Below are positions 62,361 to 64,000 of a stretch of DNA of 64,000 nt, in pieces. The stretch is from assembly GCA_910586865.1 (NCBI GenBank), contig CAJUIY010000001.1, positions 19,828-83,827 on the forward strand, given 5' to 3'. The stretch's first letter is position 1. Each line of letters opens with the position of its first letter. The stretch is from an uncultured Bacilli bacterium. GTDB lineage: Bacteria > Bacillota_I > Bacilli_A > RF39 > UBA660. Made by a program: the position numbers and the translations under genes. The notes beneath the pieces are model-generated. The model saw only the letters and a program-made list of their open reading frames with translations. It made no database searches and had not been told where the DNA came from.

Positions 62361-63248
62361 AGGGCTTTTGCATTCTGATTTATAAACACGAAAATAATAG
62401 TCTAATACTTTTTTTTCATTTGATGTACATAATTTTTTTAATTTTTGTAATTCTTGTTGATGAAGCTGATATTCATCTGATAACCCTAGTATAATCTCTT
62501 TTAACGTAAAATAGTCTTTCTTTTACATTATATAAACCTCATATAATCAAGCTTATAAAAATTATTAATTTATCTACTTGATTCTTTCTATTTTTATTTT
62601 TTTGAATGATAATAACTCTTGCCTATGAATTTTGTTCATCACTTTCGAAAATAAACTAATAATACAATTTCTATAAGATAATAAAACACAATTTCTATTT
62701 CCAAGTGTCAAAATCTTTTTGTTATATTATTGATTCATTACTTATTTAAATCATAATCCCTATTAATAATATAATAATTATAACACACCTAGTTTAAACA
62801 GTATATAATTATTATAAAATTCTTATACACATTTTGATTCTCAAACCAATTTTCCTAAGACATATTTATATTTCTCTTTTTCAATGATAGAAGCCAATAT
62901 CTGTGTAGCAAGAGAATATTCCACTGCCATTTAGTTGTTTCATTATGAAACCAACATTTACTACTTCTTTTTATCTAGAACAAGTAGATTTCGAATCATC
63001 ACCAATATTTCCTACTATAAAGGAAGCATCATCTATATATCAGTAAATAAACAGTAGCTTTTGCAAATTATTCTTTGGTATACTCCTCTTCTTCATTTGC
63101 CAATATGGTAACAATGGTAAATTCCATATTTTTTACTTTTTCCATAAAGAATTATATTGATTTTTTTAGGAAAGTAAATTATTTTTTATTGATATATCGA
63201 AGTTTACTATATTCTTATTCTTATATCTTTTCTTTTATTCTATATTTT

Positions 63249-64000
63249 TTAATATGATTCTATCCTAATATCTGCTAAACAAGGACAGTGATCAGAGCCT
63301 AATTGATTTTCTAAATAAACTACATCTTTCAGATTTTTCTCTAGTTTCTTTGAAACAAAAATATAATCAATTCGCCATCCCATATTTCTTTCTCTAGCAT
63401 GAAATCCATTTGGCCACATGGAATAAATATGATCTTCCCTACTTAAACTGCGAAAACTATCAATAAGACCTGTTTGTAATAATTCATCTATCTTTTCTCT
63501 TTCCTCATAAGAAAACATATTGTTATGATAATTTGTCTTATAATTTTTAACATCTAATTCTGTATGTGCAATATTAAAATCAGTGCATAGGATAACATTT
63601 TTCGTAATTTTTTTTACTAATTGAATAAGTTTATTAATAGAACCAAATTTATAAGAATGATTTTCTTTTTTTCTTCCTCCATGAGGAATATAGATATTAA
63701 TTAAAACAAATTTTTCAAACTCTAATAATAAAAAGCGTCCTTCCGTATCAAATTGTTCCAAACCAATAAATCTTTGAACTTTTATTGGAACTTCTTTAGT
63801 TAAAACTGCTACTCCACTATACCCTTTTTTACTAGCATAATTATAATAATCATGATATCCATAATGATTTGGGAATGGCTCATTCATTTTAATTTCCTGC
63901 AAGCAGATAATGTCTGGTTGTTTTTCTTGAAGTAAAGAGGTAAGGTAACCTAATTTTTCTGCACTCCGATAACCATTTATATTCCAACTAATTATTTTCA
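63249..64000 (-). CDS. xth: exodeoxyribonuclease III (EEP family), 5' end runs off the window
   Basis: The frame stays open past the ORF-track Met. (M)KIISWNINGYRSAEKLGYLTSLLQEKQPDIICLQE... is the canonical Xth N-terminus; the ATG falls just beyond position 64000. C-terminal SDHCP motif. Confidence 0.8.
   Translation of the reverse strand, partial: KIISWNINGYRSAEKLGYLTSLLQEKQPDIICLQEIKMNEPFPNHYGYHDYYNYASKKGYSGVAVLTKEVPIKVQRFIGLEQFDTEGRFLLLEFEKFVLINIYIPHGGRKKENHSYKFGSINKLIQLVKKITKNVILCTDFNIAHTELDVKNYKTNYHNNMFSYEEREKIDELLQTGLIDSFRSLSREDHIYSMWPNGFHARERNMGWRIDYIFVSKKLEKNLKDVVYLENQLGSDHCPCLADIRIESY

Noticed and set aside
63010-63030. tRNA-like TTCGAATC fragment
   Set aside because: Lacks the GGTTCGAATCC context and any acceptor or anticodon stems. 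No tRNA or rRNA genes were seen anywhere in the window.
63075-63257. 60-aa + strand ORF at the 3' end of xth
   Set aside because: Low-complexity; it overlaps the xth stop region and AT-rich spacer and has no ribosome-binding site.
1-64000. CRISPR arrays, defence-island gene signatures, prophage genes
   Set aside because: No direct-repeat arrays and no recognisable restriction-modification, Cas, integrase or phage structural genes. The only mobile element seen is the IS3 copy.

Overview
AT-rich (roughly 27-30% GC by eye) Firmicutes chromosomal segment, standard genetic code, with Bacillus-like core gene order: nth-dnaD, cca, hbs, der, spoIVA, ysxC, nrnA, ackA, sspA-thiI, ezrA, rpsD, tyrS, ytxG/ytxH, trmB, a YtgP/SpoVB-like flippase, leuS, gap, clpP, whiA-yvcK, lgt, uvrBA and xth. 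Sporulation genes (spoIVA, an alpha/beta SASP, a SpoVIF-like protein, cse60, whiA) point to a spore-former. No rRNA, tRNA or CRISPR was seen. Three accessory elements stand out. First, an intact IS3-family insertion sequence with an A-run -1 frameshift site sits just upstream of spoIVA. Second, a J-domain gene has decayed by frameshifts, and an orphan T-box core motif lies just downstream of it. Third, and most striking, the leucyl-tRNA synthetase gene encodes a continuous 1117-aa protein with two complete NUDIX hydrolase domains inserted between the editing domain and the catalytic core. Two intact T-box leaders (Leu and Tyr specifiers) are readable on the minus strand. The Tyr leader precedes a three-gene operon whose first gene encodes an ImmA/IrrE-like protein with all three zinc-binding His replaced by Tyr. 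Several sub-60-aa or frameshifted small genes are missing from the ORF track (cse60; a split small gene upstream of the leuS leader). All calls rest on reading the translations and nucleotides by eye; no database search was run.
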